In this document: positions 13,648 to 34,197 of the stretch, piece by piece
Layout: each line of letters begins with the position of its first letter
How positions within the stretch are numbered: position 1 is the first letter of the stretch
Origin: the human T2T-CHM13v2.0 reference genome, Homo sapiens
Length of the DNA: 64,000 bases
Direction: 5' to 3' (one strand)
Assembly (NCBI RefSeq): GCF_009914755.1
Contig: NC_060936.1
The notes under the pieces: model-generated
Told to the model about the DNA's origin: nothing
The model's input: only the letters and a program-made list of their open reading frames with translations
Databases searched by the model: none
Position numbers and translations under genes: made by a program

Positions 13648-15818
13648 CCATACTGTTTATTTTATCTTTACTTTGCTAGAGAGTTTCCTCTGATGTTTGG
13701 TGATCATTGGCTGTCCATTCATCTTTAAGAATGGCTGAAAAGCTGACTGGGAGTTTAGTGTCTAAAGGCAGACTTGTTCACTCTGGGCTTCACCATAGTG
13801 TGATCTGGATGGGCTGTTTCTTTGAAGAACCAATACAAAGACTGTTGGTATCTGCAGATTCCTCTTCGTATGCTGGCCAGTTATTCAGGGAGGGGTTATA
13901 CAATGACCTGCCTGGAGGGAATAAGAGACTGACTATTAGCTACTCATTCATAACTAAGTCAAAGAATCCCACTGTTTATATTAGAGTTTTACTTTGTTTG
14001 CCTGTATCTCTTGTGATACCTTTGTCTTCATCTTTATATGATGCCACTAATTTTCGACCTTTATAGAAAATAAATTAATCCTCTGCTGGAGTATAGGGGG
14101 TAATTTCCTTAGTGTGAGGACTACAGGAGTGAATCTAGGGTTTGAGCTGCTGTTTATATTGTTTCTTGAACAATCTTCCTCTTTTCAGATCCACTTGTAT
14201 CCTACCCCACTTCAGTGTAACTGTTATTTCCAGTTCCTGAGCTTTGCTGGTCTTCCTCATCATGACTAGCTTGCTTCAGAGGTTTCCACTGGCTAAACTT
14301 CAGCTTTCTCTGGTCTGTTACAACTGTCATCTCTTGTCCATTTCACTTCAGCTTGTAAAATTATCACCTTTTTCCTGTGTACATTGTCATTGTTGGCTTG
14401 TGGCATTTTTGAGATCATTTTATGGCCACTTTAGTATGGTTTTAGAGAAAATACAGGAGTTTGTGGTCAATCTAGCATATTAATCAGAACTTGGTAACTT
14501 GATTCTTTACAGGAGAGTTCCTTAGACTCATACCAATATATTTACTTAATTCTGGTTAAACCAGTTCCACTTAAAATATTCTGATTCCAAAAAGTCAACC
14601 AAGGACAATCTCATAGTTGTTTTTAATATTTTCCTCTAAGCAATAGTATTCGCAGCACCACCATAGCTTGTCCAGGTGAGAATATGCTTTTCAACACCAC
14701 GACTAAAATACATGGACACTAAACACACTTCTAAAGAATCCATGGGTCAAAAAGGCAGTCTCAAGGGGAATTTTCTAAAAATACATTGAACTGAATGAAA
14801 ATGAAAGTAAAGCATATTATACTTTGTGGGATGGTGTTAAAATAATGCTGGGAGGAAAATTTATAGCGCTGGAGTCTCACATTGGAAAAGAAGAAAAGTT
14901 TCAAATTAACAATACGCCCCCACCTCAGGAAACTAAAAAAAGAAGAGCTAGATCATCCAAATCAAGCAGATGAAAGAGCATAATAAATACCACAGTAGAA
15001 AGCAACAAAATTAAAAGCATAAATGATAGAAAAACATCATTGAAACAAAAAACTGTTTCATTGAAAAGATTAATAAAATTGTCAAAACTCTAGCAAGACT
15101 GAACAAAAAAAAAAAAGAGGGACACAAATTACCAATTTCAGGAATAAAACAGGGGTTATTATTATAGACTCTGATGACATCAAAAAAAAGAAATTCTACA
15201 AATAGTTCTACCCATATATATTTGAGTACATATGTTCCTCTAAATGCATAGATTACCACAATTTACCAGTATGAATTACACTATTTAAATATCTCTATAA
15301 CTGTAAAGAAATTGTATTTGTGATTTTAAAATCTCCCAAAAAGAAATCTCTAGGCTTAGGAGATTTCACTAGAGAATTTTACCAAACATTTAAAGACATA
15401 ACTCCAACATAATACCTTCCAAAAAATAGAGTAAGAGAAAATATTGATAATTGTTTTATGAAGCCAGTATTACTCTGACAGCAAATCCAAGGATAGCGCA
15501 AGAACAACAAAAAAGAACAAAAACTAGAGATCAATATTCCTCATGATACAGATTTTTTTAAATCCCCAAAATGAAATATTAGTTTAGCAAATTAGCAAAC
15601 CAAATCCAACAGTGTATATAAAAATTATACACCATGACTAATAGAATTTATTTTAAGCAACAAGGCTACTTCAACATCCAAAATTAAGTTATTGTAATCC
15701 ACTATGTAAACAAACTAAGGAAAAAATTCACACAACCATATCAATTGATGCAGAAAAAAACTGCTTGAAAATATTCAACACTCATTTATAGTAAAAACTC
15801 TTAGAAAACTAGAAATAG

Positions 15819-16294
15819 TATATTAGTTTGCTAGAGCTGCCATAACAAAGTACCACAGTGAGTGGCTTAAACAACTAAAATGTATTGTCTTCACATTTCT
15901 GGAAGCTAAAATTCTAAGATCAAGGTATTAGCAGGGTTGTTTCCTTTGGAGGGCTGTAATGAAGAATCTGTTGCATGTCTCTCATCTAGCTTCTGGTGGT
16001 TTGCTGGCAATCTTTGCTATTCATTGGCACATAGAAGCATGTCCCTGATCTCTGCCTTCATCTTCACACAGTGTTCTCCCTGTGTGTCTTTCTCCAAATT
16101 TCCCCTTCTTATAAGAACGCTAATCATATTGGATTAAGGGCCTACATTGGATTAAGGGCCTCTAGTCCAGTATGACCTCATCCTATTTTAGCTAATTCAA
16201 TCTAAAATGCTCTATTTTCAAATAAGATAACATTCTGAGATACTGGGAGTTAGGAGTATATAAATTTTTTGAGAACACAATTCAACCTATAACA
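15819..16294 (-). mobile_element. MaLR solo LTR, MLT1C-like
   Basis: tattagtttgctagagctgccataacaaagtaccaca...acacaattcaacctataaca. Internal 16-bp direct repeat attggattaagggcct. Flanks rejoin to L1 ORF2. Confidence 0.85.
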
Positions 16295-18287
16295 GAAGGA
16301 AACTTTTTCAACTTTTGAAGATACATCTACAAAACCTACAGCTGTCATCATACTTAATCATTGAAAGACTGAATACTTTCTCTCTGAGTGACAACAAGGC
16401 AAGGATGTTTGTTCTTACAGCTACTATTCAATATAGTACTATAAATTTTATTCAATATTAAAAATCAATAAAAGGAAATAGTTGGCATGCAAATTGTCCC
16501 TATTTATAGATGACATGATCATCTACATCAAAAAAGTCCTCCTAGTTCAGCAAGGTCAGAGGATGAAAGATCAATATACAACAAAACTCAATTGTATTAC
16601 TGTATATAAGAAATGAACATGTTGAAACTGAAATTAAAAATATGATATTATGGAAAGTTGCTCAGAAAATGAAATAGGTGTAAATCTAAGATAACATATA
16701 TAGGACTTGTACACTGGGGAAAAACACAAAATGTTGATGATAGAAATAAAGAATATTTAAATAAGTGGAGAGATATACCATGTTCATGAATTGTGAGACT
16801 CAATATAATAAAGATGTCAATTGTCCCCAATTACAACTCGTTTCATTAATAACATGCTCATTACTCATATACAGTAATATATTTGATTTATGTTGTGTAA
16901 TGATCTTGCATCCTGTGACCTTGCTGGACTCACTAATTAACTTTCGGAATTTCCTTTTTGTATGTAGATGATCATGTCATCTATAAATAGAGACAGATTA
17001 GTATTGGAGATAGTTGAAAATTATAATTTAATGCGATTTCTATCAAAATTCCAGCAAGATTTCTTAAGAGACATGAACAAGATTTTTCTAAAATTAATAT
17101 GAAAAGAGAAAGCAAGTAGAATAGTTACATTAGTTTTGTAATTTGAAATGAGATAATTCACTTTCTCCAATTTTAAGATCAATTGTATTGCTGCAATAAT
17201 CAAATCTGTGTGGATATAATGTGTACTGAAAGATGGTTAGAAACATAGATCATTGGAAGAGGTCAGTGCACTCAGCAATATCCCACACAGCCAACAAATT
17301 TTTGACTAAGGTACAAAAACAATATAATGGCAAAAGGATAGCCTTTTCAATGAATGGTGCAGGAGCAATTGAATATCCATGGCAAAACTTAACCTAAATC
17401 TAAACCTCACACTTTACACAAAAATTAACTCAAAGTAGATCATAAATTTAAATGTATAATGTAAAACTTTAAAATGTTTTTAAAAATAGAACTTAGGGGA
17501 AAATCTTTAGGACCTAGACTTGGTAAAGAGTTCTTAGATACCAAAAGCATGATACATTACAAAAAGATAAATTGGACTTCATCAAAAATTTAAAACTTCT
17601 ATTCTATGAAAGACCACGTGAAAACAGTGAGAATACTACCCGCAGAGTGGGAGAAAACAGTTGCAACCACGTATCTTACAAGAGACTCATATCTATAACG
17701 TATTAAAAAACTCTAAAAGCTTGAAAATAAAAAACACAAACAGTCCAATTAGAAACTGGACATGAAAAAACATCTTACCAAAAAGCATATACAGGTGTCA
17801 AATAAGCACAGAAAAATGTTCAACATCAATAGCCATCATAGAAATGCAAATTAAGAACATGAGCACTATTACACACCTACCAGTGCAGCTAAAATTAAAA
17901 CTAGTGACAATGCCAAATGCTGGTGAGGATACAGACAGTTTGAATCTATCATATATTGCTGACTGTAATACAAATTGTATAGTCACTCTGAAAATTACTT
18001 TGGCAGTTCCTATTATTAATAATATATTAATTTATTGTTATTTAAATAATTAATATTATTAATATTTTAAAATTAAACATATACAAATAATGTGCCCTAG
18101 TGATTGCATTGTTGAGCTTTTTAGCCCATTGAAAAGGAAACTTATGTTGATAGCTACTTTATTTGTAATAGCCAAAAACAAAAATGTCCCCAAACTGGCA
18201 AACAGATAAACAAACTATGGTACATCCATACCATGGAATACTACTCAGCAATCAAAAGGAACACATTATTGAATACACAACAAATTG

Positions 18288-18730
18288 TGTTACTGAAACA
18301 CTAGGGGTTTAGTTTAGGTTCTGCTGCTCGCCCCATAGAAAGCCAGTCACTGAGACAATTATTGCCAAGGCAGAAGGCTTTAATCAGGTGCTGCAGCTAA
18401 GGAGACAGATCAGTCTCAAATCCATCTCCCTGACCAACTAAAATTAGAGGTTTATGAAGCCGGGAATAAATTTAACTATGTGTGAGAAAACAGGAACTTG
18501 GGAGGGGTAAGGAAGCAATCATGAGGAAGGAGGTGCCTAGAGTCTCATTGTCTGGATGTGATGTTCTGGTGAGTTTCAATTCTTTGATACTTTTTGAGAG
18601 GCCTGGGAGTCCTGTCCTGAAGAAGGGACTCGGATAAGACAAATACATGTTTTACGCTTTAAGACCGGAAGGGTCAGTTTCTATGTTTATCCAAAAAGAC
18701 CTGTCTATGGGACTATTGAGTTGACTTTCA
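18288..18730 (-). mobile_element. ERV1 solo LTR, MER66-like
   Basis: TG...CA ends (tgttactgaaacactaggggttt ... ctatgggactattgagttgactttca). 4-bp TSD attg/tttg. Inserted in the L1 3'UTR. Confidence 0.75.
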
Positions 18731-19237
18731 TTTGAATGAGTTTCAAGGGCATCGTGTTGAGTGATAAAAGACAGTCTCAAAAAGTCACATACTGTATGAT
18801 TCCACATATATAACACTCTTAAAATTATGTAACTATAAAGATTAAATTAGTGGTGTTCAAGGGTTTGAAATTGTGGTAAGGAAGATGATTAGTAGGAGTA
18901 TACAGGGATAAAATAGTACTGTACTTTTATTTGCAGTGGTAGCTAAAGAAATCCAACACACAATTAAAGCAAACAAACAGACTGAAGACAGACATAAAAC
19001 TCTATGCATACATTGTACTAATGTCAATCTCCTGATTTTAATATTTTACTTTATTTATATAAGATGTTTATATAAGATGTAACCACTGTGAAAACCTGGG
19101 TGAAGGGTACATGGTTCCTCCCCATACTAGCTTTATACTTTCCTATGAATCTATCATTATTTCAAAATCAAATGTTAAAAAAAATGATAGCTGAGGAGGG
19201 GGTATGTGAGGATATGGATGAAATAAGACTGATCTTG

Positions 19238-19385
19238 GGCTGCGTGTGGTAGCTCACACCTGTAATCTCAGCACTTAGGGAGGCTGAAGGGAGAGGATTG
19301 TTTGAGCCCAGGAGTTTGAGACTAGTCTAGGCAACATAGCAAGACCCTATCTCTCAAAAATAATAATAAATAATAATAATAATTT
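19238..19385 (+). mobile_element. Free left Alu monomer (FLAM_C-like), (TAA)n tail
   Basis: Single monomer ending gcaagaccctatctct plus an A-rich tail. Flanked by aagactg repeats. Confidence 0.85.
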
Positions 19386-19779
19386 AAAAGACTGCTTTCA
19401 AGTTAATTATTATTAATGCAGACAGATAGATACAAGGGGGTTCATTATATATTATTCTGTCTGATTTTGCATATATTTAGAATTCTTCAAACTAAAAAGT
19501 TAAAAAACAAAAATTTTTTAAAAGCAGGAACTATTTCTTATTTATTTGTGTGCCCCTAAGAAACTACCGTAAAGTCTTCATATGGTAGGCCCTTAAAAGT
19601 ATTTGTTGAATAAAATCAGCCTTTTCAGTCTGATTTTCTTCTTTAAAAAGAAAAAGAATGTTTTTTATCACCCAGGGTCATTGTAAGAGTTAAAAATCAA
19701 TATGTATTAGTATCACACACACACAATAAACAAAATACCAATGAGTTGTGAGACAACTTCTAATAACCTAAACTACATG

Positions 19780-24330
<4,551 letters not shown>

Positions 24331-25778
24331 ACATACACACACTCAACATATTTATATTTACACTTCTTGGTAGCAGTGCATAGGATGGATGGGATTGGAA
24401 TAAAGACTAATGGCAGAGAAGTCACTTAGGTCATTGCAGAAGTCGAGGTACGCTGGTAATCCTGAAATAAAGCAGTTGTAGAGAGAACGGGAGAAAAGAA
24501 TATGAATCTGATGTTAGAGATGTTTCATAATTTAAACCATTCCACAGAATTTGCCAGCCCCTTCTCTCTCTCTTTTCTCTTTCTCATGTTAATAAGAAAT
24601 CCCTCAGCTCAGTCTCAGACCTTTGATCACATATCATGGTGGTATTTATAAGGAATGGACAAGAAGGAAAGAGTTTGGATATCTATGAGCCTAACATAGC
24701 CATTTTCAGTTGAAAGTAGTGAAGGAATGAAGGTTGGGCAAAATCACCCATAAGTTTTTTTCATTTTATGGTTACTTTATTTATTCCCTGCATCAGGGAA
24801 TTCTGGCACAGATTATGTGGAAAGAGGTTGGTTTGAAAACATCCATATGTGATTTTGATTCAACCTCACTTCCCTAACAACCTCAACTTCTGTCTTCAAA
24901 ACTTCAGTTGAGAACCATTGGTATAAAATCCTGATAAGATATTCCCAGGTGAAATAGTAAGATCAGTTTTTAGATTGGTAAGTTTTTAGAGGTTACAAAG
25001 AATTCTAGTTGGCGTGTCTGCCAGGAAATAAAAATAAAAATGAAGAGCTCAGGAAATTTATTAGGGCTGATGATGTTGAAATGGAAGTCTTCAATGTGCA
25101 GACAATATTTTAAGTCACAGAAGTTGAAGAGATTGTCAAGGAGATTATGAATAATAGAGCTAAGGATTGAACGCAGTAAATTATCTACAAAAGGCAAGAG
25201 AGGGGTTAGCAAAGGAAACAAGTAATAGTGATAACAGAAATAGGGGAGAGCCAGGACAGTGTGAAAACATATTTAATCAAAAACAGGAGCTAAAGTGTAA
25301 GCCAAAGAGTATTAAATTCACAGGTACTTGATTTACCAAAAAAGGATTCCTCCACCAACATCTCTTCTGTATTAATGATGAAGGTGAAATCTTTTGGGGT
25401 TTTTTTAAAGGACCACATACATTATTTGATAAGAGTTGAATGTGTAATAAAGAAGATAATTATGATATTTAAAAGGGAGATTAGACTAAGGTATTTATGC
25501 ACTCAGTTTCATGTCTGTAATTTATTTCCCAAAACATTATTGATCACTGTGCTTTCAAATAAAGAAAAAAATGCTGTCAATTACATTTCCAGATATCTCA
25601 ACTTGAACTTCATTTAAATTGTAAAATGTTGTTGTGTCATTTGTAAACTAGTTTCAAAAAACATTGACTTTGACATAATTATATAATGACTTCTATCAGT
25701 CGACTCTTTCACAATTGTTCAATCTCAAACTTAACGTACTATAACAATCAGTAGCCTATGCATCTAAGATGCTTTATT

Positions 25779-25914
25779 CTTTTTTTTTTTCTTTTCCTTT
25801 TTTGTTTTCAAGAGAGATGGGGTCTCACTCCGTTGACCAGGCTGGCCTCCAACTCCTGGCCTCAAGTGATCCTCCCACCTCTTCCTCCTGAGTTGCAGGG
25901 ATCACATGCATGAC
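25779..25914 (-). mobile_element. Free Alu monomer (FLAM-like)
   Basis: Poly-T, then agagatggggtctcact...caggctggcctccaactcctggcctcaagtgatcctcccacc. Confidence 0.8.
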
Positions 25915-26420
25915 TCTATGTTGATATTTTCAGGTCATACTATCAAAAGTAAATAATCTCCAGGGACAACTGTAATTGTGCATGTACACATAGAGGCCAA
26001 ATGGTTTCCATTGTAATCCTTAGTCAAAAGAACCAACCTGCATGATCTATATAGCAACATTGAAAGCATTAACAATTCAGTTCTGTCCAAGAAAAGTTTA
26101 TTTAACATCTAAATGACGCCAGGCACTGTTCTCACCTTAAAAAAGAAAAAGAAGGAATGAATAAAAGACACAGTCTCTTTCATCAAGCAGCTCACAAAGT
26201 AGTGAGTAAAGCAAATAAATTACCAACTTCATAATTTGAAAGCTATTTCTATGTTTTTATACTTATTTAGTATTGCAAATTTCAAACAAAACATTTTTAA
26301 GTTTCTTGGTACAGCTGATTTAAGATGGCAAGCAATAAGTAAAATTAAAATGCATTTAAAAAATTAACAAGTATAAAATATAGATAATGAAATTTTCAAA
26401 TTTTTTCAAATTGGTAACAT

Positions 26421-26721
26421 TTATTTACTTGTTTTGAGGCATAGTCTCTTTCTGTCACCCAGGTGGGAGTGCAATGGTGCCATCTTGGCTCACTGCAACC
26501 TCTCTGCCTCCTTGACTCAAGTGATCCTCCCACCTCAGCCTCCCTAGTAGCTGGGACTATAGGCTCATGCCACCATGCTTAGCTAATTTTTAAATATTTT
26601 TTGGTAGAGACAAGTTCTCACTATATTGCACAGGCTGATTTCAAACTCCCAGGCTCAAGTGATCCCCCTCCTTGGCCTGCGAAAGTGCTGGGATTACAGG
26701 TGTGAGCCACTACACCTTGCT
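26421..26721 (-). mobile_element. Alu, AluJ-type
   Basis: 13-bp TSD aaattggtaacat at 26408-26420 and 26722-26734. Confidence 0.93.
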
Positions 26722-26758
26722 AAATTGGTAACATATTTCTGAACTTATTAAAGCTTAA

Positions 26759-28732
<1,974 letters not shown>

Positions 28733-28802
28733 TAAAGCTTAAAAGTGTACTAATTCTTTTGGAACAGCCAGTGTACCTTGGAATATTTTTCCACACCATT
28801 TT

Positions 28803-29155
28803 TGTATCAGTCTAAGTTATGCTGCAGTAGCAAAATATTAGTGTCATGACACAACAAAAGTTTATTTCTTGCTCATACAAGTGCAACATGGTTCACCAGG
28901 GGCTCAGCTGATTATAGTTGCTCAGGGTCCCAAGCTAATGGAAACTCCTTCTTGATACACGTCCCTACAGTTGACCAAACAGTGACAAATAGGAGTGTAG
29001 TAAATTAAACACTAAGTTATAAAGCATTTACAGTTCACATTTCAATGCCCCGAACCAGTCACATGCCCATCCCTGTCAAAGGAAATGAGGATTGCAACTG
29101 TGCCATATTCCTGGAAAATCAGAATATATGTGAACAGCCCTAACAGCTTCCAAAC
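28803..29155 (-). mobile_element. MaLR LTR, MLT1I-like
   Basis: tgtatcagtctaagttatgctgcagtagcaaa...acaacaaaagtttatttcttgctcat...agtcacatgccc. Confidence 0.6.
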
Positions 29156-30717
29156 AACTCCTTTTCTCTTCTTCAAAAATAGCCCTCTTGCATGTGTTAT
29201 ATCTCCTAAGTTATCTTCTCTGAAATTCCTCACATATATGTTTTTCACTATATTTGGTGTTATTTTCTGTAACCTATTCTCCATATTTCTGACTTTTTCT
29301 GTTGCACTTATTCCATTTTTTTGGTTGTTTCTAGAATGTTTTTCATCATGATGATATTTTTGTTTCCCCCTCATTTCTTGAGTTTTGTAAGAATTATTTT
29401 CATTCTTTTACGTGGTCTCATGATCATTTTTTTGTACACTTACATGACTCTTGATTTTTTTTCATTTCTTTCTTTTAAGATAAAAATTGTTTTTACAATT
29501 CAGTACCATAGAACTGTATGATTTAACTATTCTTGTGTTATCCAGCTGCCTTTTGCTCATGTTCCTTCCCTCTATTCTTGCTTGCTTTCAGTCTGTTTTT
29601 TTTCTCTATTTCTTTTCACACATAGCTCCCATGATAGTATCTTTCTGACTATTACTGAACTTTGAATGGTGGTGGGACTTTATGTTGAAAAGTTTGGGGA
29701 TTTATTTCAAACACTACTCTCATCAAGTAAGTTATTTCCTTCACCCTAGGAGCAAATGTTCTCTTAGATTGTTAAGTGTAGCAACCTGGATCTAATAGTC
29801 TTTTAAAACTTCTTCAATCCTCCTCCCCACTGGGCTATGTCCTTTGGCAGAGAAGCTTCATCATGGACAATAGAAGTGGCATGTGCACCACCATGGTTTT
29901 TCCTTTCAGTGCTCCCTGTTTTATGATTCTGGGGTGTCAAAATTGATCTAATGGGGCATTTTAATTTAAAAAATGTTGTTTATGTCCTTTGGAATATAAT
30001 TTGGGGGGACTTATTTCTGCATGTTCTTTTTTTCAGTCTAGGCGTGCTTTGTAACATGAGGTCAGGAATTATAGCAATGTCTTGGTATTAGTGAAGATTT
30101 TTTTAATTTGTCATTATTTATTATTTTAATAGGTTTTGAGGTAGGAGGGTGGAGTAAAATTGCCTATTACCCACTGCCTTAATTACACATTTTCATGTGT
30201 GTGTGTGTGTGTGTTTATATATCTTCTTCACAGGACAATGACCTATTGAAGGCAGAGCTATTACTTATCTTTTTCTCTCCAGCGCTGAACATAGTGGGTG
30301 CTCAATAAATATTTTTGAATCAAAATGAATTTAATTTCTATATATTTTATTGTCTATATCACCACTACTAGAAAGCCACATCCATCCATTTTGTGTTGCT
30401 TTTGGAAGAGAATCATCATTTCTTGTTGCTGAAAGCCAATAGATTTATGTTGCAACTCAATTTCTAGTGCTTATAAAAACTTTATTTCACTTCTACTAGG
30501 TAACTGAAAAACAGAAGCATTCCAAGAAGTATTATCAACCACAATATTAAGTGAAAGCCTATCACTTCAAGTCAATAACTATAGGAATTCAATTTGCCAT
30601 GTATACCTATACTTATACCTATACCTGTATCAGCACTTCTCATGGTGATTATACAAGTGGTACAGACACACTGATGGCCAAGCATGGAAGAAGTTGGAAA
30701 GCTTCTTTCCTCTGATA

Positions 30718-31130
30718 AATTAGAATTCTCCAGAGAAATACAGCCAATATCATGGTTCTGCTATGAGAGAGAGAGAGAGAGAAACAGAAACATGAGAGAG
30801 AGGTGGAGGTGGGCAACAACTTTAAAGTATGCAGGGCCCGCTGGAGGCTGGAGACCCAGGGAAGTATTGTTGTTACAGTCTCAAGTCTGAAGATAATCTA
30901 GAGGTGGAGCTTCCTCTTCCTTGGGTGACTCTAGTCTTTTCTCTTTGGCCTTCGACTGATTATATGAGGATTCTCTTATTATGGAGGGTAATCTTATTTT
31001 CTCAAAGTTTAACTGTTTAAGTGTTAATCACATCTAAGAAATACCTTCACCACAACAACTAGGCTGGTGTTTAACCAAAAACTGAGTACCACAGGCTAAC
31101 CGAGTCAACACAGAAAATTAGAAACCACAT
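30718..31130 (-). mobile_element. ERVL LTR, MLT2-like, with (GA)n
   Basis: ttagaattctccagagaaatacagccaata...ggccttcgactgatt...tgttaatcacatcta...aaattagaaaccaca. Confidence 0.75.
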
Positions 31131-34100
31131 CTGGCATGCTTAGGAGAATTACAGATTAGCATCAATAGACCTGGCTTGAAATTCAAGTGCTGATGTGTCA
31201 CATTAAGTAAACAAGAGGATTCTGTGCTATTTTATACTATATAAAGTGTCCCCCGGAGAGAAATGCAGAGGTCAAAGTCTCAAGTGGTAGTCTTTGTTGT
31301 GGTATCCAGATTTATTCTGCTTAATAAATATGTTATTGTAAAAAAATTATTGATAACTTAAGGCATCCAGAAAGTAGCACATTTATGGAAAATGGCAACA
31401 TCATTTTTGGAGCTGAGCCCGCCTTTATCATCTTAATTCCCACACTTTAGATGATGGATAATTTAGAACTCACTCTTATGTGTGCTTTGGTTAAATGTTG
31501 AGATTTATAATGTTTCATAATCAGCCTGTAAAATGAGTCTCAATTTCACATAAGCTGAATGAGGACTAAAAATCAAGCAACAAATATGAGGATTATTTCC
31601 ATTACACCCCCTTTGAAAAATGACACTTTGCTGCCATATGAAGGGTTCTCTAAGCTTTAATACTGAACAGAGATTTAAAAGGATTAACATCAACCACCTT
31701 CCAGTAAACACACAAAATGCATTTCAACATCTAGTATTTCATCTTTATTTGAGTACTTTCAAATTGTAATGCTCTAGTCATGTAGAAAGACTGGCTGGCA
31801 TTGTCTATTACTGTTCCTACTAAGTTATTCACAGTTCTGTGGTGAACTTTTTTCAGCAAGTTTTTCAGGTCTTTTGTTTCAGCTGCTGGTTTTTGTCTTG
31901 CTTACATTAGTTAGTCAGATTTATGGTGCTGTATGCAGGGGTTCCCACCATGCATGTCATTATTACTAATGTGTCTCCCTTTAGCAAACCATGTTTATAA
32001 CTTAGCCAATTAGTTGCTTTGCCCAACTCTTTGAATTCCTAGGACTTACACTTCACTGAAATAGCACTTCTTATTGCCAAGGCACTTTGTAAAACACTTG
32101 ACTCTATTTTCATGTATACCTATTTTTAGAGCCCACAGTGGAATTGAACAGACCTGTTTCTTGATTGCTTATTTTGCCCAGACATTTATTTGGAAGATGT
32201 TCATTCTTTTTGGGCTTCCACAGATGCCCCATTTGTTCATTCAACATCTTCTAGTGCACCAAATATGGACATGACCAGCTTGCTCACAGATGAAATAAAA
32301 GTTAACACTTTATTACCATGAAAGTAGTTGCAATGTTGGTCCTGTTAATACACAAACTTTTGCTTTTAGTTTCCTCCAACTATGTGGAGTACTATCCTTG
32401 CCCTTCAATGACAAAGTATTTCTCGCAATAACTTTCAAATGAGTGATCATGACTCACTTTTGCACAGGGAAAAATGAAATGATTTTATCTTTAAAATAAA
32501 TGATGATCAAGGATAATGATGATGCCATAACCCAGTTTCTTTAGGATGTCACAGATATAGTAAGATTTGAGGGATGCTGAAAACCTGCTTGCTTCAACAT
32601 GTCTCCCCATTAACCTGGTCAGTGCCTCATATATCATCTTGGGTTATTTGACATGTAAAAAAATATATTCAGAAACTACAACGGGTTAATATTCTCATCC
32701 ATGAATGTATTGTGTCACAACTTCATGAAGAATTCTATGATGTCTTCAGACAAAGTATAACTTCTTAGAACTTTTTGAGTTGCCTACATCTACTATTTTA
32801 TGGAACTCATTACATAATTCAAGTTTTTGTATTTATTTTTATTATGTCTATCTTATTCAATTTGACTGTAAAGTCCTTGAGGGTAAGGTAGATGTCTGAA
32901 GTTTTCTTTAATATGCTCCACAGTAAATAGCAAAGTATTGTGCATATTGTGGTTGCTCAAAAACCTGTTGAATAACTGGAAAAAAGACATATTAATGGTG
33001 ATTAGCTTATTGGTTTAGCTAGGGAATAGAGATATAGGTACAGAGATAAACATAATATGATGGTAAAAAAAAATCTAGGTTGCTGTTATGAATGTTAGTC
33101 TCCAGTCAAAGTGATAAAAATAATTGATTGAAGTAGAACTTCCTGGATGACAGAGTAAGGACCTTGCTAACTCTTCTCCATTAAAAACAAAGAAAATGTT
33201 ATCAAAATTATCAAAATTAACCATTTCAGAACTCTAGAAATTAACCAAAGGCATACAACAAAGTAGAAAATGTTTGGCAAAACTATTAGATTTTTATAAC
33301 AAAAATAGAGTCTGTGGCATTTTATTTTGGGGATATTTCCATCCCAAACCCAGGTCCATGGCATGGTAGCTCTCCTAACCATCAGCCTTGCACCCACCGG
33401 ATGCAGCTGATCCATTTTGGAACTCTGCAAATTATACCATTCCCCAGAGTGTTCTCTGTATTTGACTATACTTAGAGTTCTCTGGAAAAGTCCCATTTCC
33501 AGGGCATTGTTGCTATTTAGCCTGACTTGGGGGTCAGCTCAACAGAAAAGCCTCATTTTCAGATCATTGTCAAAAACAAGTACAATTATCTGCAATAATT
33601 AATATTACAACTGCTTAAGATTGCAAGTATCAGTTGGTCAAGAATTTGCAAGGAAGATCTAAGCAATGACACAACCCTAAAGGGTTTTGAAAAGCCTCAA
33701 TCCATTACTAGCGATCTAGAAGTCCTAGTACTTGTATGCCTGCGCACGTGCTCAGGAAAGACTGAATGGAGCACTAGTTATTTATTCATATGGGGTGACT
33801 TTGGTGAACACTGCAAGCAGGAAGTGAAAGCTAATGCAGATGTGTAAACTGATTAAACTTTGAAGGTGTGCCCCCATGTACGCGTATCCCTTAGAACAGT
33901 GTGGAAGATTTAGTGGCTCAAAGAAATATTTTGCCCAATCACTGACTGATCACTAGGCTATGCTGACCTGGGGTGAATTCAATAAATACAGATTTTAAAA
34001 TACAAGCAATGAAGTAAATAAACTGATAGAAAAATAAGTGAAAAGCAAATATTTCATTGGCTACACACTGTGGGGAATATATACCCTACAGCATTAGTCT

Positions 34101-34197
34101 TGGAAAGTCAGTAAATAAACAAACAACTGCAGCAACAGCAACAACAACAAAACAGCACTAACAAAAGGGGGTCTGATTTGAGAATTGCTACAATATA

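Larger units (their letters stand above)
14690..19183 (+). mobile_element. Old LINE-1 (L1MC/L1MD-like), ORF2 to 3' end, interrupted by two LTRs and an inverted duplication
   Basis: Degenerate ORF2 motifs (ccatgggtcaaa, tttatagatgacatgatc = RT DD motif, caattgatgcagaaaaa). 3' end cctgggtgaagggtacatgg...atttcaaaat...aaaaaa. Confidence 0.85.

Noticed and set aside
31740-32060. Unique stretch with HOX/PBX-like gatttatgg, tgcatg and branch-point-like motifs
   Set aside because: No consistent exon or RNA structure could be defined. Conservation data would be needed.
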